From: an uncultured Poribacteria bacterium
GTDB lineage: Bacteria > Poribacteria > WGA-4E > WGA-3G
Direction of reading: 5' to 3'
Assembly: GCA_958296135.2 (NCBI GenBank)
Contig: CATQHZ020000001.1
Span: forward strand, 992,001 to 1,056,000
Length of the DNA: 64,000 bases
The position numbers were made by a program, and so were the translations under genes. Below the pieces are notes generated by a model. That model was not told the origin of the DNA and did not search any database. It saw nothing but the letters and a program-made list of their open reading frames with translations. Of this stretch, positions 19,620 to 29,284 are shown one piece after another (the first letter of the stretch is position 1; each line of letters starts with the position of its first letter).

Positions 19620-20185
19620 TTTAGGGCACGAAATTTAACGCAACTAATAAAGGAGCACGAACGTGAACACTCAATTCCGCGCGGATTATCCGATTCGTCT
19701 GCAGACATCTGTGAAAGCGACGCAGCAGCCCGCGCGGCTGCGCGCCGTATCCACGTTTGCGTTTGCGCGTCCCGTTGACGATGCCCTAGACCGGATCACC
19801 CCCCCCCATCATTTACACCCGTTAACCTTTGCCGCTCTCGGCAGGAAGGGGCTCCGGGGGGATATCCTTGCTCGCAATTCCAACATGAAAACCGCGCGCG
19901 TTGCAAGCGCACGACTCACATTGCCTCGTGGCAACCGTTCACGTTCGCGTGAAAGCGGCTGCCACGGGGCTCTTCGCGTTGCACCGATGGCTGCAACGTC
20001 GAAGTCCACCAGCGTTGTTCTGGGGAAATTTCTGTCCCCACTAGGGATATAAAGGGGCAGGATAGCCGTGGGCCTCCGCCCACGGTTACCCTGTTTTCTC
20101 CGAGACTACGCCGCCTGCTGTGCTCGAATCTGCAGGTGAATTCGATAAGAGCGGAGAGCCACCGCAAACGGCGCGGTGATTCTCC
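19620..20185 (+). ncRNA. putative large structured leader RNA
   Basis: At least 8 stems pair by eye, including a UUCG-capped long hairpin at 19923-19970 and long-range stems 19622/19782 and 19862/20043. Confidence 0.55.
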
Positions 20186-20213
20186 AGTTCAATAAAATAA
20201 GGAAAAAATTGAA

Positions 20214-23200
20214 ATGATTAGAAAATCTTTCCTCAATCTTTGCGTTTTTCTGCTCATCGCCGGTGTTGTCGTCATGACCACCCCGATGGACGTGCACGCT
20301 ATCGCATTGAAGGATATCAAGTGGTATTACAAGCAGGCTGGCGGAAGCGTCACAGCCTCGCCCACCACCGGCGGGCAGACCCTCGCCGCCGGCGATCAGG
20401 TTATCGTTGATGTGCGGTTTCAGGTATCTACTTCGGATACGAATGTTCGGACCGTTGATGTCTATGCTTCAGCTATCTTATATCTAAATATAGGCACCAC
20501 TCCTGAATTAGAAGAAGTTGAAGCAAGACCGGTCGATAACGACGGTAACTTCTACTCGGGTTCCGTTAATGAGCAGCGTGCCGTACGAATGCGGGATGAT
20601 ACGGAGATTGTTCGGTTTGTCTATATAGTCCAGACGGGCATGGGCGCGGTCTCCCTGGATGATGATAAGGATAGCTCTGGCAAGTACTTCTACACTGGCC
20701 ATTGGCAAGCTATCGTCAGAGGCGATTCATATCGCCAAACCGTTCATCCCCATCGGCACGGTCATTCGACGTTTACGGGTGATCCTGTTGCCTATCCATA
20801 TTGGCTAAACTGGGGGGATGCGATCCCCACTTCTCCCATGGTCCTCGGTCTCACAGGACCTCCCATGGTGGATGCCACTCGCCCGGAGCTGGCAACGACA
20901 TCGACATCCGTTTTCCCGGTGAAGTTCGTTGGTGCCCCGACGCATACCGGCCCGTCCCGCTATCACAAGGTGCGCCAGACGTGTTACCACTATCACGGTC
21001 AATTCGGTAGCTCTTACACGGGCTACTGCCCTTTGGTGGAAGATCATGGCTGGGCCCTTCCCACCGGGCCGAACGCGGTGACTTTGGCCAATAGCCCGGA
21101 AGCCGGCTATTACGGCTTAGGCGACACTATTCAAATTCAGGTGACGTTTAGTAAACCTGTCACCGCCGACCCTGGTGTGACGCTGAGGATGGACTACACG
21201 TTCAACCCATTGGACCCGAACACGGAGTTTGGACTTGATGCTGCGGATAGGGCTGACGGAGATACAACGCTCACCTTCAAACACACCGTGGTAACTGGAG
21301 ATCGGAAGTTTGATGGTGTCGATCTCACCTGGAATAATCTGTGGCATAATACCCGTACCGAGCTGGGGGATGCAGCAACTATTATTTCAGCACCGAGGCA
21401 CATAAAGGACCTGGCTGGCAACACTTTTGATCCTGGTGCTTATGTTGAATTTGGTCACGATTTTGAAACGCCGCTTCGGGCGTTTCTGCTCAACATGCCT
21501 ACGCTCAGCAGTTCTAATGATGCGGCATATCCGCTTTGGAACCCGAGTGCTACGCCCGGTCAATATGCCGCTGCCTACGCCGTGGAGGTCATCAAGCACC
21601 TTGTGGATACTGTCCCGCCGACGGTGTGGATTCCCGGCGTGATAAAGAATGGTGAGACGCACACCGAGGATAGGCGCAATGCGATAGTCAACCTGGATTC
21701 CAGTGCATCTGGGTTGCCTGTGACAGATTTTGCGGCAGGGACTACGGAATCGGTGTCGCAGGACGGCGCGTTTGACGTTGAATTCCGCTTTACGAATTAC
21801 TCTGCCGCTGAGCCGAAGAGTGCCATCGCCGAGGAAATCGGGACGACGTTTGGCGCGGAGGACATCGCCATCACCGATGCAGCTGGGAATTCGCTGGACT
21901 GGACGGTTGATGCCCCGGAATACATTGGGCTCGACCATCGTGCCCTACAAAATTTCGGTTCGCCTCCCAGTGGGCATGCGCCTGGTGATGCGAAGAATTC
22001 AGCGTCGTTCTTGGTTTACAAAGCGCGGATTACGCCCGCCGCTGGTTTTAGGGGCGATGTGACGATTCAGGTTCCCGCGGGTGCCACGCAGGACATTGCG
22101 GGCAACGGGAATCTGGTATCGAATACGTTAACAGTGCCGGTGGACAGCGTGGTGGGTACGCCGGAGATTGTTGCGCCCCCCGCGGGTGTCTATACCGCCG
22201 GAGATAAGATTGAAGTGTCGGTGACATATACCCAGGAGAATCTGCGGTATGAAGGGGCCAACCTGCCGTATCTGGTGGTGTATCTGGGTGAACAGGTGTT
22301 AGCGAATGCGCGGCATGCTGTTTGGACAGCGGCGGAAGACACGAATTCGACGAAAGTGACGTTTGCGTATACGGTGGCAGCCACGGACACGGTGGCAGAG
22401 ACAGTGCGTGCTCCCTCTGTCGAGATACAGGTGCCGGTAGGGACGACGTTGCTGTCTGGGCAACAGCGGCAGTCTGGGACAGCAGCGCCTGCGATGGATT
22501 CTGGTGCTGCGCCGGCCTCGGTGCCGGCGGCGGCCCCGGGGGGTTCGCCTGTCGTCCGGGAGACACCGGTTATACCGTTTGTGCCGTTTTTCCCCGAGGA
22601 GACTTCGCCGAAGGCTGATGCCTCCGAGGTGCCTCGCAGTCCGATTGTTTTCAACGAGTTTGGCAATGGCAGCGGTGCTGCAAACGACTGGCTGGAATTG
22701 CGGAATGTCACGGGCGCGGCTGTCTCCTTGAAAGACTGGGAGCTGAGCGTCGTGCAAGATGACAAAAAGGAAGATACATCGCTCGTCGTTTTCGCGGATG
22801 TGAGCGTGCCTGCGAATGGACTGTTGCTGCTGGTGAGTACCTCGCCGGCCAAAACGCCTCTCGCCGGTGGCGATGATATTGCCACTTCCGCCGTAGAGCA
22901 GAAAGGTTCACCGCATCAGTATCTCGTTGCCTCGGGCCTCGCGTTGCCGGACGATGGGAAGTTCCTGTTGATTTTGCGCAACGCCAAGGAGAAGTTGGGC
23001 AAGAATGAGGCGTTCGTGGATGTCGCCGGTGGCGGTGGCAGTGACACGGATGCGTTCGTTCGCGAGCAGACAGGTGACTATGATACATACGTGTGGCCGT
23101 TGCAAGTGCGTGAAGCTCCCGGTGGTGATACCGAAGGGGCCCTCGGCTCTGGTAAGGTGTGGCAGCGTGCCAAGGCAGATATTGTGGGTTACCACAAAGA

Positions 23201-24320
23201 TGCCTGGGCAGAGGCGGCGTTCACCGGTATCGGCTATGACAGGACTGTCTCGAAGTCTGCGGCGACGGGTGGCACCCCGGGGTATCCGAATGGTGCGGTG
23301 AAAACGGCAGCAGCTACGCCGAAAGGCAGTATCACTATCAGCGAAGTCATGTTTGACTCGGGTGGCGGCACACTGCCACAGTGGATAGAGTTGTATAATA
23401 AATCCAAAACCGAGGCACTCAATCTGAACCGGTGGGAACTGGAGTTCCAGAATGTGGATTCCGAAGATCTCGTCGGTAGGCCGATTGTGGCGTTGACGTT
23501 GCAAGAGAAGGTGATTCAACCGAATCAGACGCTGCTGATTGTTGCGGGGCCTGCGCGTGCGTCATCAAGCACGGTATTTCCTGCGGAGCGCGTTTACAAC
23601 CTGTTGGCTTTGCATCAGCGGAACCTGCGCATTAAGACTGCGCGGGATACGTTCCTGAGCGCGGAGGGGTTCTACCTGAAACTTACCGATAGCAACGGTA
23701 ACCTCGTAGACGAGGTTGGCAACACTGATGGCAATCGTCGGACGAAAGATGCACCGGCGTGGGCGTTACCGGTGAGTGCCGAGGAAGGTGTTCGGAGTTC
23801 GCTGATTCGGCGTTACGACAACGGCGTTGCACTGAAAGGGAAGGAGCGTGCGAGTTGGGCTCTGGCATCGAACCTCAAGCGACTCGCCGTGGCAGAACTC
23901 CATTATGGGCATGCCGAGGACATCGGCACGCCGGGGTATCGGAAAGGCGGTGCCTTGCCGGTGGAGTTGTCAAGTTTCTCGGTGATGCACAATGAAGCCG
24001 GCGCGGTTGTCTTAACTTGGACGACGGAGTCTGAAGTTGACAACGCTGGGTTTAACCTGCGCCGCAGCGAAAAACGCGATAGTGGTTTCACGCTGCTGAA
24101 TGCTGCGCTGATTGCGGGTGCTGGCACAACGGGTGAGCGTCAGACGTATACGTTTACGGATACGTCTGCGAAGCCGGGTGTTGAGTACTATTATCAGATC
24201 GAGGAGGTCGCGTTTGATGGCCGGCCGGAGACGTTGGCGATGCGGATGTTGCGGGGGCCTGTCTCTGCGGCGAATCGGATGCTGACGACGTTTGGTGCTC
24301 TGAAACAGCAGGCGAAATAA
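20214..24320 (+). CDS. secreted surface protein with Ig-like repeats, two lamin-tail domains and a C-terminal sorting-like domain
   Basis: Signal peptide ending VHA; IVFNE..DWLELRN and ITISEVM..QWIELYN lamin-tail domains; GTPG motifs; LPVELSSF domain; ends MLTTFGALK. Confidence 0.85.
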   Translation: MIRKSFLNLCVFLLIAGVVVMTTPMDVHAIALKDIKWYYKQAGGSVTASPTTGGQTLAAGDQVIVDVRFQVSTSDTNVRTVDVYASAILYLNIGTTPELEEVEARPVDNDGNFYSGSVNEQRAVRMRDDTEIVRFVYIVQTGMGAVSLDDDKDSSGKYFYTGHWQAIVRGDSYRQTVHPHRHGHSTFTGDPVAYPYWLNWGDAIPTSPMVLGLTGPPMVDATRPELATTSTSVFPVKFVGAPTHTGPSRYHKVRQTCYHYHGQFGSSYTGYCPLVEDHGWALPTGPNAVTLANSPEAGYYGLGDTIQIQVTFSKPVTADPGVTLRMDYTFNPLDPNTEFGLDAADRADGDTTLTFKHTVVTGDRKFDGVDLTWNNLWHNTRTELGDAATIISAPRHIKDLAGNTFDPGAYVEFGHDFETPLRAFLLNMPTLSSSNDAAYPLWNPSATPGQYAAAYAVEVIKHLVDTVPPTVWIPGVIKNGETHTEDRRNAIVNLDSSASGLPVTDFAAGTTESVSQDGAFDVEFRFTNYSAAEPKSAIAEEIGTTFGAEDIAITDAAGNSLDWTVDAPEYIGLDHRALQNFGSPPSGHAPGDAKNSASFLVYKARITPAAGFRGDVTIQVPAGATQDIAGNGNLVSNTLTVPVDSVVGTPEIVAPPAGVYTAGDKIEVSVTYTQENLRYEGANLPYLVVYLGEQVLANARHAVWTAAEDTNSTKVTFAYTVAATDTVAETVRAPSVEIQVPVGTTLLSGQQRQSGTAAPAMDSGAAPASVPAAAPGGSPVVRETPVIPFVPFFPEETSPKADASEVPRSPIVFNEFGNGSGAANDWLELRNVTGAAVSLKDWELSVVQDDKKEDTSLVVFADVSVPANGLLLLVSTSPAKTPLAGGDDIATSAVEQKGSPHQYLVASGLALPDDGKFLLILRNAKEKLGKNEAFVDVAGGGGSDTDAFVREQTGDYDTYVWPLQVREAPGGDTEGALGSGKVWQRAKADIVGYHKDAWAEAAFTGIGYDRTVSKSAATGGTPGYPNGAVKTAAATPKGSITISEVMFDSGGGTLPQWIELYNKSKTEALNLNRWELEFQNVDSEDLVGRPIVALTLQEKVIQPNQTLLIVAGPARASSSTVFPAERVYNLLALHQRNLRIKTARDTFLSAEGFYLKLTDSNGNLVDEVGNTDGNRRTKDAPAWALPVSAEEGVRSSLIRRYDNGVALKGKERASWALASNLKRLAVAELHYGHAEDIGTPGYRKGGALPVELSSFSVMHNEAGAVVLTWTTESEVDNAGFNLRRSEKRDSGFTLLNAALIAGAGTTGERQTYTFTDTSAKPGVEYYYQIEEVAFDGRPETLAMRMLRGPVSAANRMLTTFGALKQQAK

Positions 24321-24353
24321 ACGTAGAGCGGGGGGTTGTCCCTCGCGATGTAG

Positions 24354-24393
24354 AAAACGGCCGTGGCCCCTTGGGGGTTGCGGCTGTTTTTTT
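24354..24393 (+). terminator. intrinsic terminator
   Basis: AAAACGGCCGTGGCCCC-ttg-GGGGTTGCGGCTGTTTTTTT. Confidence 0.7.
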
Positions 24394-24399
24394 CGTGTG

Positions 24400-25712
24400 C
24401 GATGGTAAAAAGGCCCCTTAGTCCGTAGGGCGCGGTCCTGTGCCGCGCCATGCATCGATGAAAAGGCCCTTAGTCCGTAGGGCGCGGTCCTGTGCCGCGC
24501 CGTGCAATGGTAAAAAGGTGCCTTAGTCCGTAGGGCGCGGTCCTGTGCCGCGCCATGCATCGATCTGTAGAGAAGATGGCCGAAGTCCCGGGGCTTCTGC
24601 CGTTTTTCGTGTGGTCGAACGATCGCGAGGGACAGTGGACATCTCTGCAGCGAGGCTGCAGAGATGACAAAGTTTCGGCGTGACGGCCCTCGCGCTACGG
24701 TAAAAGGGGCTGTTTGGGCGGTCAGGCGATCGCGAGGGACAGGCCCTCGCGCTACGGTGAGAGGGGCTTTCTTGTCGGTCGGGGGATCGCGAGGGGAACC
24801 CTCGGCGATTAGTGATCGCCGGGCCCTCGCGCGACGGTGAAAGGGCCCCTTAGTCCGTAGGGCGCGGTCCTGTGCTGCGCCATGCATCGACCTACAGAGA
24901 AGTCCCGGGGCTTCGGGTGTTTTTGGTGTGGTCGAACGATCGCGAGGGACAGTGGACATCTCTGCAGCGATGCTGCAGAGATGACAAAGTTTCGGCGTGA
25001 CGGCCCTCGCGCTACGGTTAAAAGGGGCTGTTTGGGCGGTCAGGCGATCGCGAGGGACAGGCCCTCGCGCTACGGTGAGAGGGGCTTTCTTGTCGGTCGG
25101 GGGATCGCGAGGGGCACCCTCGGCGATTCGTGATCGCCGGGCCATCGCGTGACGGTGAAAGGGCCCCTTAGTCCGTAGGGCGCGGTCCTGTGCTGCGCCA
25201 TGCATCGGTCTGTAGAGAAGATGGCCGAAGTCCCGGGGCTTCGGGTGTTTTTGGTGTGGTCGAACGATCGCGAGGGACAGGCCCTCGCGCTACGGTGAAA
25301 GGGGCCTCTTTCGCGCGACGGTGAAAGGGCCCCTTAGTCCGTAGGGCGCGGTCCTGTGCCGCGCCATGCATCGATCTGCAGAGAAGATGGCCGAAGTCCC
25401 GGGGCTTCTGCCGTTTTTCGTGTAGGTCGGTAGATCGCGAGGGACAGTGGACATCTCTGCAGCGGGACTGCAGAGATGACAAAGTTTCGGCGTAACGGCC
25501 CTCGCGCTACGGTAAAAGGGGCTGTTTGGGCGGTCAGGCGATCGCGAGGGACAGGCCCTCGCGCTACGGTGAGAGGGGCTTTCTTGTCGGTCGGGGGATC
25601 GCGAGGGGAACCCTCGGCGATTCGCGAGGGACAGTGGACATCTCTGCAGCGAGGCTGCAGAGATGACAAAGTTTCGGCGTAACGGCCCTCGCGCTACGGT
25701 AAAAGGGGCCTT
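24400..25712. repeat. ~1.3-kb GTAG-REP mosaic cluster
   Basis: Repeated ~320-bp superunits built from REP doublets and nested-hairpin REPs. Confidence 0.9.
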
Positions 25713-25717
25713 TAACG

Positions 25718-25750
25718 AAAAAAGGGGACTGCGCAAACGCAATCCCCCCC
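25718..25750 (-). terminator. intrinsic terminator of mrp
   Basis: Minus strand GGGGATTGCG-tttg-CGCAGTCCCC-TTTTTT. Confidence 0.7.
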
Positions 25751-25764
25751 TTGCCTCTCCGCAT

Positions 25765-26730
25765 TTAGAGAATTGTCAACTCCTCTTCCTCACCGCTTTC
25801 CTTCAACACCGCTTCCAATTCTGTTGCGACAGTGCCAAACGCGGCAGATTGCGGCGAATCTGGGTGCGCCGCAACGATAGGCACCCCTAAGTCGCCCGCG
25901 GTGCAGACTTCTGCATCCAGCGGAATTTGTCCTAACAGCGCAACGCTGAACCGTTCGCTCATGTTTTTCCCGCCGTCTGCCCGGAAAATCTCTGTCTTTT
26001 CGTCGCAGTGCGGACAGAGGAAATAACTCATATTTTCGATGATACCGAGGATCGGCACGCCGAGCCGTTCAAACATTGCTACGCCGCGCCGCACATCTGC
26101 TAAAGCGACATCCTGTGGTGTCGTGACGATGACTGCCCCGGTGAGGGGCATCGCTTGCGTTAGCGAAAGCGCGACATCACCTGTCCCCGGCGGCAGATCG
26201 ATGATGAGGTAATCCAATTCGCCCCAGGCCACGTCGCTCAGGAATTGGCGGATGGCACTGTGCAACATCGGGCCGCGCCAGATCATCGCCTGTTCTTCTG
26301 GCACCATAAACCCGATTGACATCAGTTTAATGTCGTGGCGGACAAGCGGGACGAGTTGCCGCTCTGGACTTGTCTGCGGCCGCTCTTGGACACCCATCAT
26401 CGTCGGTATGCTAGGACCATAGGCATCTGCGTCCATCAAGCCGACGGTGGCCCCCGCGTTCGCCAGCGAGATTGCCAGATTTGTCGCCACGGTAGATTTC
26501 CCCACGCCGCCCTTTCCGCTCGCCACGGCGATCTTATACCGCACGTTTGGCAATGCGATGTTCTGTTGCGGCGGCTGTTGTTGGGGCGGCGGCTGTTGTT
26601 GGGGCGGCGGCTGTGGTTTCCTACCGGAGACCTGGGCGCCGCTGATAACCTTCAGTTCAGGATGTGCCTTCGCCGCCGACTCCGGTTTCGGCTGCGGCTT
26701 TTTCTCTTCGCCTTTCTTAAAAAATCTCAT
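25765..26730 (-). CDS. apbC: Mrp/NBP35 (ApbC) Fe-S cluster carrier ATPase
   Basis: SGKGGVGKST, DADAYGPS, IWRGPM, DLPPGTGD, TTPQ, ENMSYFLCPHC. Confidence 0.92.
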   Translation of the reverse strand: MRFFKKGEEKKPQPKPESAAKAHPELKVISGAQVSGRKPQPPPQQQPPPQQQPPQQNIALPNVRYKIAVASGKGGVGKSTVATNLAISLANAGATVGLMDADAYGPSIPTMMGVQERPQTSPERQLVPLVRHDIKLMSIGFMVPEEQAMIWRGPMLHSAIRQFLSDVAWGELDYLIIDLPPGTGDVALSLTQAMPLTGAVIVTTPQDVALADVRRGVAMFERLGVPILGIIENMSYFLCPHCDEKTEIFRADGGKNMSERFSVALLGQIPLDAEVCTAGDLGVPIVAAHPDSPQSAAFGTVATELEAVLKESGEEEELTIL

Positions 26731-26926
26731 TTGTGTCGTCTCTGCTCCTTTTGTCTGTTTGTTCAGCTGTAGTTATGCTGCACCAGAGCCATTTAGGTAT
26801 CCCCATAGAGGAGCGGACCGGCTCCAAATGGCACACTAAATCGGCCTGGCACTAAATATGTTACCATTTTTTTATCTAAATCGTGTATAATAACGCGAAA
26901 AATCGCTATCTAGCAAGGATATTTCG

Positions 26927-27592
26927 ATGAACATTCTCATGTTACGCCACTCTGCTGGCTTTGAACACAGCTACCTACCGAACGCCGAAGTCGCGCTGAA
27001 GCAAATCGGCGCGGCAAACGGGTGGAACGTGGTAACGACGCACCGCTGCGACAGGATTACCGCCGACACCCTTGAAAAACAGGACATCGTCGCCTTCGCA
27101 ACGACCGGCAATCTGCCGTTTGACGATTCCCAGAAAGAGGCACTGCTCAGCTTCGTCCGCAACGGCAAGGCATTCTTCGGTATCCATAACGCCACCGATA
27201 CCTGCTACGATTGGCCCGAGTACGGCGAAATGCTCGGCGGCTACTTCGCAGGGCACCCGTGGCACGAAGAAGTGAACGTCATCGTTGAAGATGCGAATCA
27301 TCCCGCGACACGGATGCTCGGCAGCGACTTCAAAGTTGTCGACGAAATCTACACGTTCAAAAATTGGGACCGCGGCAAAACGCGCGTGCTAATGCGCTTG
27401 GACAACGACTCCATTGATGTCTCTCGCGGTAACCGGGCAGACCACGATTATGCCCTCGGCTGGTGCCATACCTACGGCAAGGGGCGCGTGATGTATACCG
27501 CCCTCGGCCATCCGGACGCACTCTGGGAGCAGCCGTGGTTCCATGAACACATCACCGGCTGCATCAAGTGGGCTGGCGGGTTGGAAGATTAA
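26927..27592 (+). CDS. ThuA domain-containing protein
   Basis: GFEHS, GIHNATD, GGYFAGHPW, DEIY, YGKGRVMYTALGH. Confidence 0.9.
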   Translation: MNILMLRHSAGFEHSYLPNAEVALKQIGAANGWNVVTTHRCDRITADTLEKQDIVAFATTGNLPFDDSQKEALLSFVRNGKAFFGIHNATDTCYDWPEYGEMLGGYFAGHPWHEEVNVIVEDANHPATRMLGSDFKVVDEIYTFKNWDRGKTRVLMRLDNDSIDVSRGNRADHDYALGWCHTYGKGRVMYTALGHPDALWEQPWFHEHITGCIKWAGGLED

Positions 27593-27637
27593 CGCCGGTG
27601 GGGTAGATATTTAACGGCACCCGCCTAGCCCGCGAAG

Positions 27638-27759
27638 CATCGAGACCAGGAGGTCTCTCCTACAAGGAGCAATCGCGACACGGGAGGTCTCTCCTACTGC
27701 ATCGAGACCAGGAGGTCTCTCCTACAAGGAGCAATCGCGACACGGGAGGTCTCTCCTAC
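27638..27759 (-). repeat. 61-bp tandem duplication of two GTAG-REPs between convergent genes
   Basis: GCATCGAGACCAGGAGGTCTCTCCTAC-aaggagca-ATCGCGACACGGGAGGTCTCTCCTAC x2. Confidence 0.85.
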
Positions 27760-27783
27760 ACGCGCGCTGCAGGGCGCGGGAGC

Positions 27784-28785
27784 TCAGTCGGCGATGACCC
27801 CGGTTGCACGCAAAAGCGTCTCCTGCACGAGCAACTCGTGCGATACCGGACGGTCGCGTAACTGCGCGCCGGCGATAGTCATTAAGAATGCGTCTAATTC
27901 TAACTCATAGAGGCGTTGGCGGCCCTCACCGGCTGTTTCGACAAGTTGTTCGCCTTTAGCATAGCCGCCCTTCGCCTCTTCCAGACACAGCCGAATCTTG
28001 ATGCCCGGTTCAAACGGCTCCACGATGATGGCACTTCCTTCTGTGCCGTAGACCTCGAATCGGCGTGCCATCGGGCGCGGCTCTAAAGCGGAGATGGAAA
28101 TAAACGCCATCGCCTTTTGAAATTCATAGACGGTGAGCGTGTTGTCTTTGAAAGGTTCGACGGAACCGCCGTCGTTTCGGAGGAACGCCGTGACTTTCTC
28201 GGGTCTGCCGAGGATCCACAGCACCTGGTCCAGTACGTGGCCGCCCAGGTCGAAAAAGATGCCGCCGATGTGTTGACTGATGCGCGCGCGTGCTTCGTGC
28301 GATACGTTCGTGGACATGTGTGCGCGCACCGAGAATACATCGCCGAGGAAGCCAGAGTGCGCCCACGCCGCAACCTGCTTGAAAGCGGAGTGGTACCGCA
28401 GCATATACCCCAGCTGCACTAACAGCGATTTGTCATCGGCGGTGCTGATGACGCGCTGCCACTGCCCCCAGTTCTCGCCCGCGGGTTTATCATACCAGAC
28501 ATGCTTGCCGGCGTTGACAATTTCTTCCGTCTGGTCCAGGCTTTCAGCGTTGCTTCCTTCCGAGGCGATTGCCACGATGGTTTCGTCGTTCAGCATTTCG
28601 GTTGCGTCGGTGAACCAGTGGACATCCGCAAATGTGCCTGAGCCAGCCTGCAGTTTTGCGCGCTGTTCTGCGTCCGGTTCAAAAACGCCGGCGACTTCCA
28701 CATCGGGATTTGTCAGCATCGCCTTCAATTTTCCGCCGGCGTGTCCATGTTTTGTGCCGTATTGTGCCATCCGTATTTTCGCCAT
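27784..28785 (-). CDS. Gfo/Idh/MocA family oxidoreductase
   Basis: GTKHGHA, KHVWYDKP, GYMLRY, GGIFFDLGGH. Confidence 0.88.
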   Translation of the reverse strand: MAKIRMAQYGTKHGHAGGKLKAMLTNPDVEVAGVFEPDAEQRAKLQAGSGTFADVHWFTDATEMLNDETIVAIASEGSNAESLDQTEEIVNAGKHVWYDKPAGENWGQWQRVISTADDKSLLVQLGYMLRYHSAFKQVAAWAHSGFLGDVFSVRAHMSTNVSHEARARISQHIGGIFFDLGGHVLDQVLWILGRPEKVTAFLRNDGGSVEPFKDNTLTVYEFQKAMAFISISALEPRPMARRFEVYGTEGSAIIVEPFEPGIKIRLCLEEAKGGYAKGEQLVETAGEGRQRLYELELDAFLMTIAGAQLRDRPVSHELLVQETLLRATGVIAD

Positions 28786-28967
28786 ATTTCGTAACTCCCA
28801 TGAAAACAGAATTGGTGTTATGTGACGATTATATGCATATCCGATTGTATGTCAAGAGATATTTATTTGTCTTATTTCTATTCGCCGCCTGGGCGACGGA
28901 ATAAAGAATTTGATTTTATTTCTGAAATTTGTTATCATTGAAGGCCGTGGGATAAGAGAGTTCGCGT

Positions 28968-29252
28968 TGCATGGCGAGGGTTTCCGCCGCGAGGGTCCGC
29001 ACGATACGAACCCGCCCTTTTTACCGTAGCGCGGTGGCCTGTCCGCCGCGATCGGTGCATGGCGAGGGACAGGCCCTCGCCCTACGGTTAACTAGGGTGC
29101 TCTGGCATGGCGAGGGACAGGCCCTCGCCCTACGGACGAAAGGCCCTTTTTACCGTAGCGCGGCGGCCTGTCCGCCGCGATCGTTCGCGCAAGGCATGGC
29201 GAGGGGCACCCTCGGCGATTCGCGCACGGCGAGGGGAACCCTCGCCCTACGG
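28968..29252. repeat. GTAG-REP cluster
   Basis: GTAGCGCGGCGGCCTGTCCGCCGCG paired with GGCGAGGGACAGGCCCTCGCCCTAC. Confidence 0.85.
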
Positions 29253-29284
29253 GATATGGGATGGGAGAGAGAGAGGTAAGCACC

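Noticed and set aside
20105-20160. c-di-AMP (ydaO) or c-di-GMP riboswitch
   Set aside because: Only loose resemblance (CUCGAAUCUGCAG); conserved 5' core motifs not found
24400-25712. CRISPR array or long ORFs (e.g. 24012-25205 minus strand)
   Set aside because: Linkers are themselves repeated; the ORFs are translations of REP units (VARGPVPRD) with no coding signals
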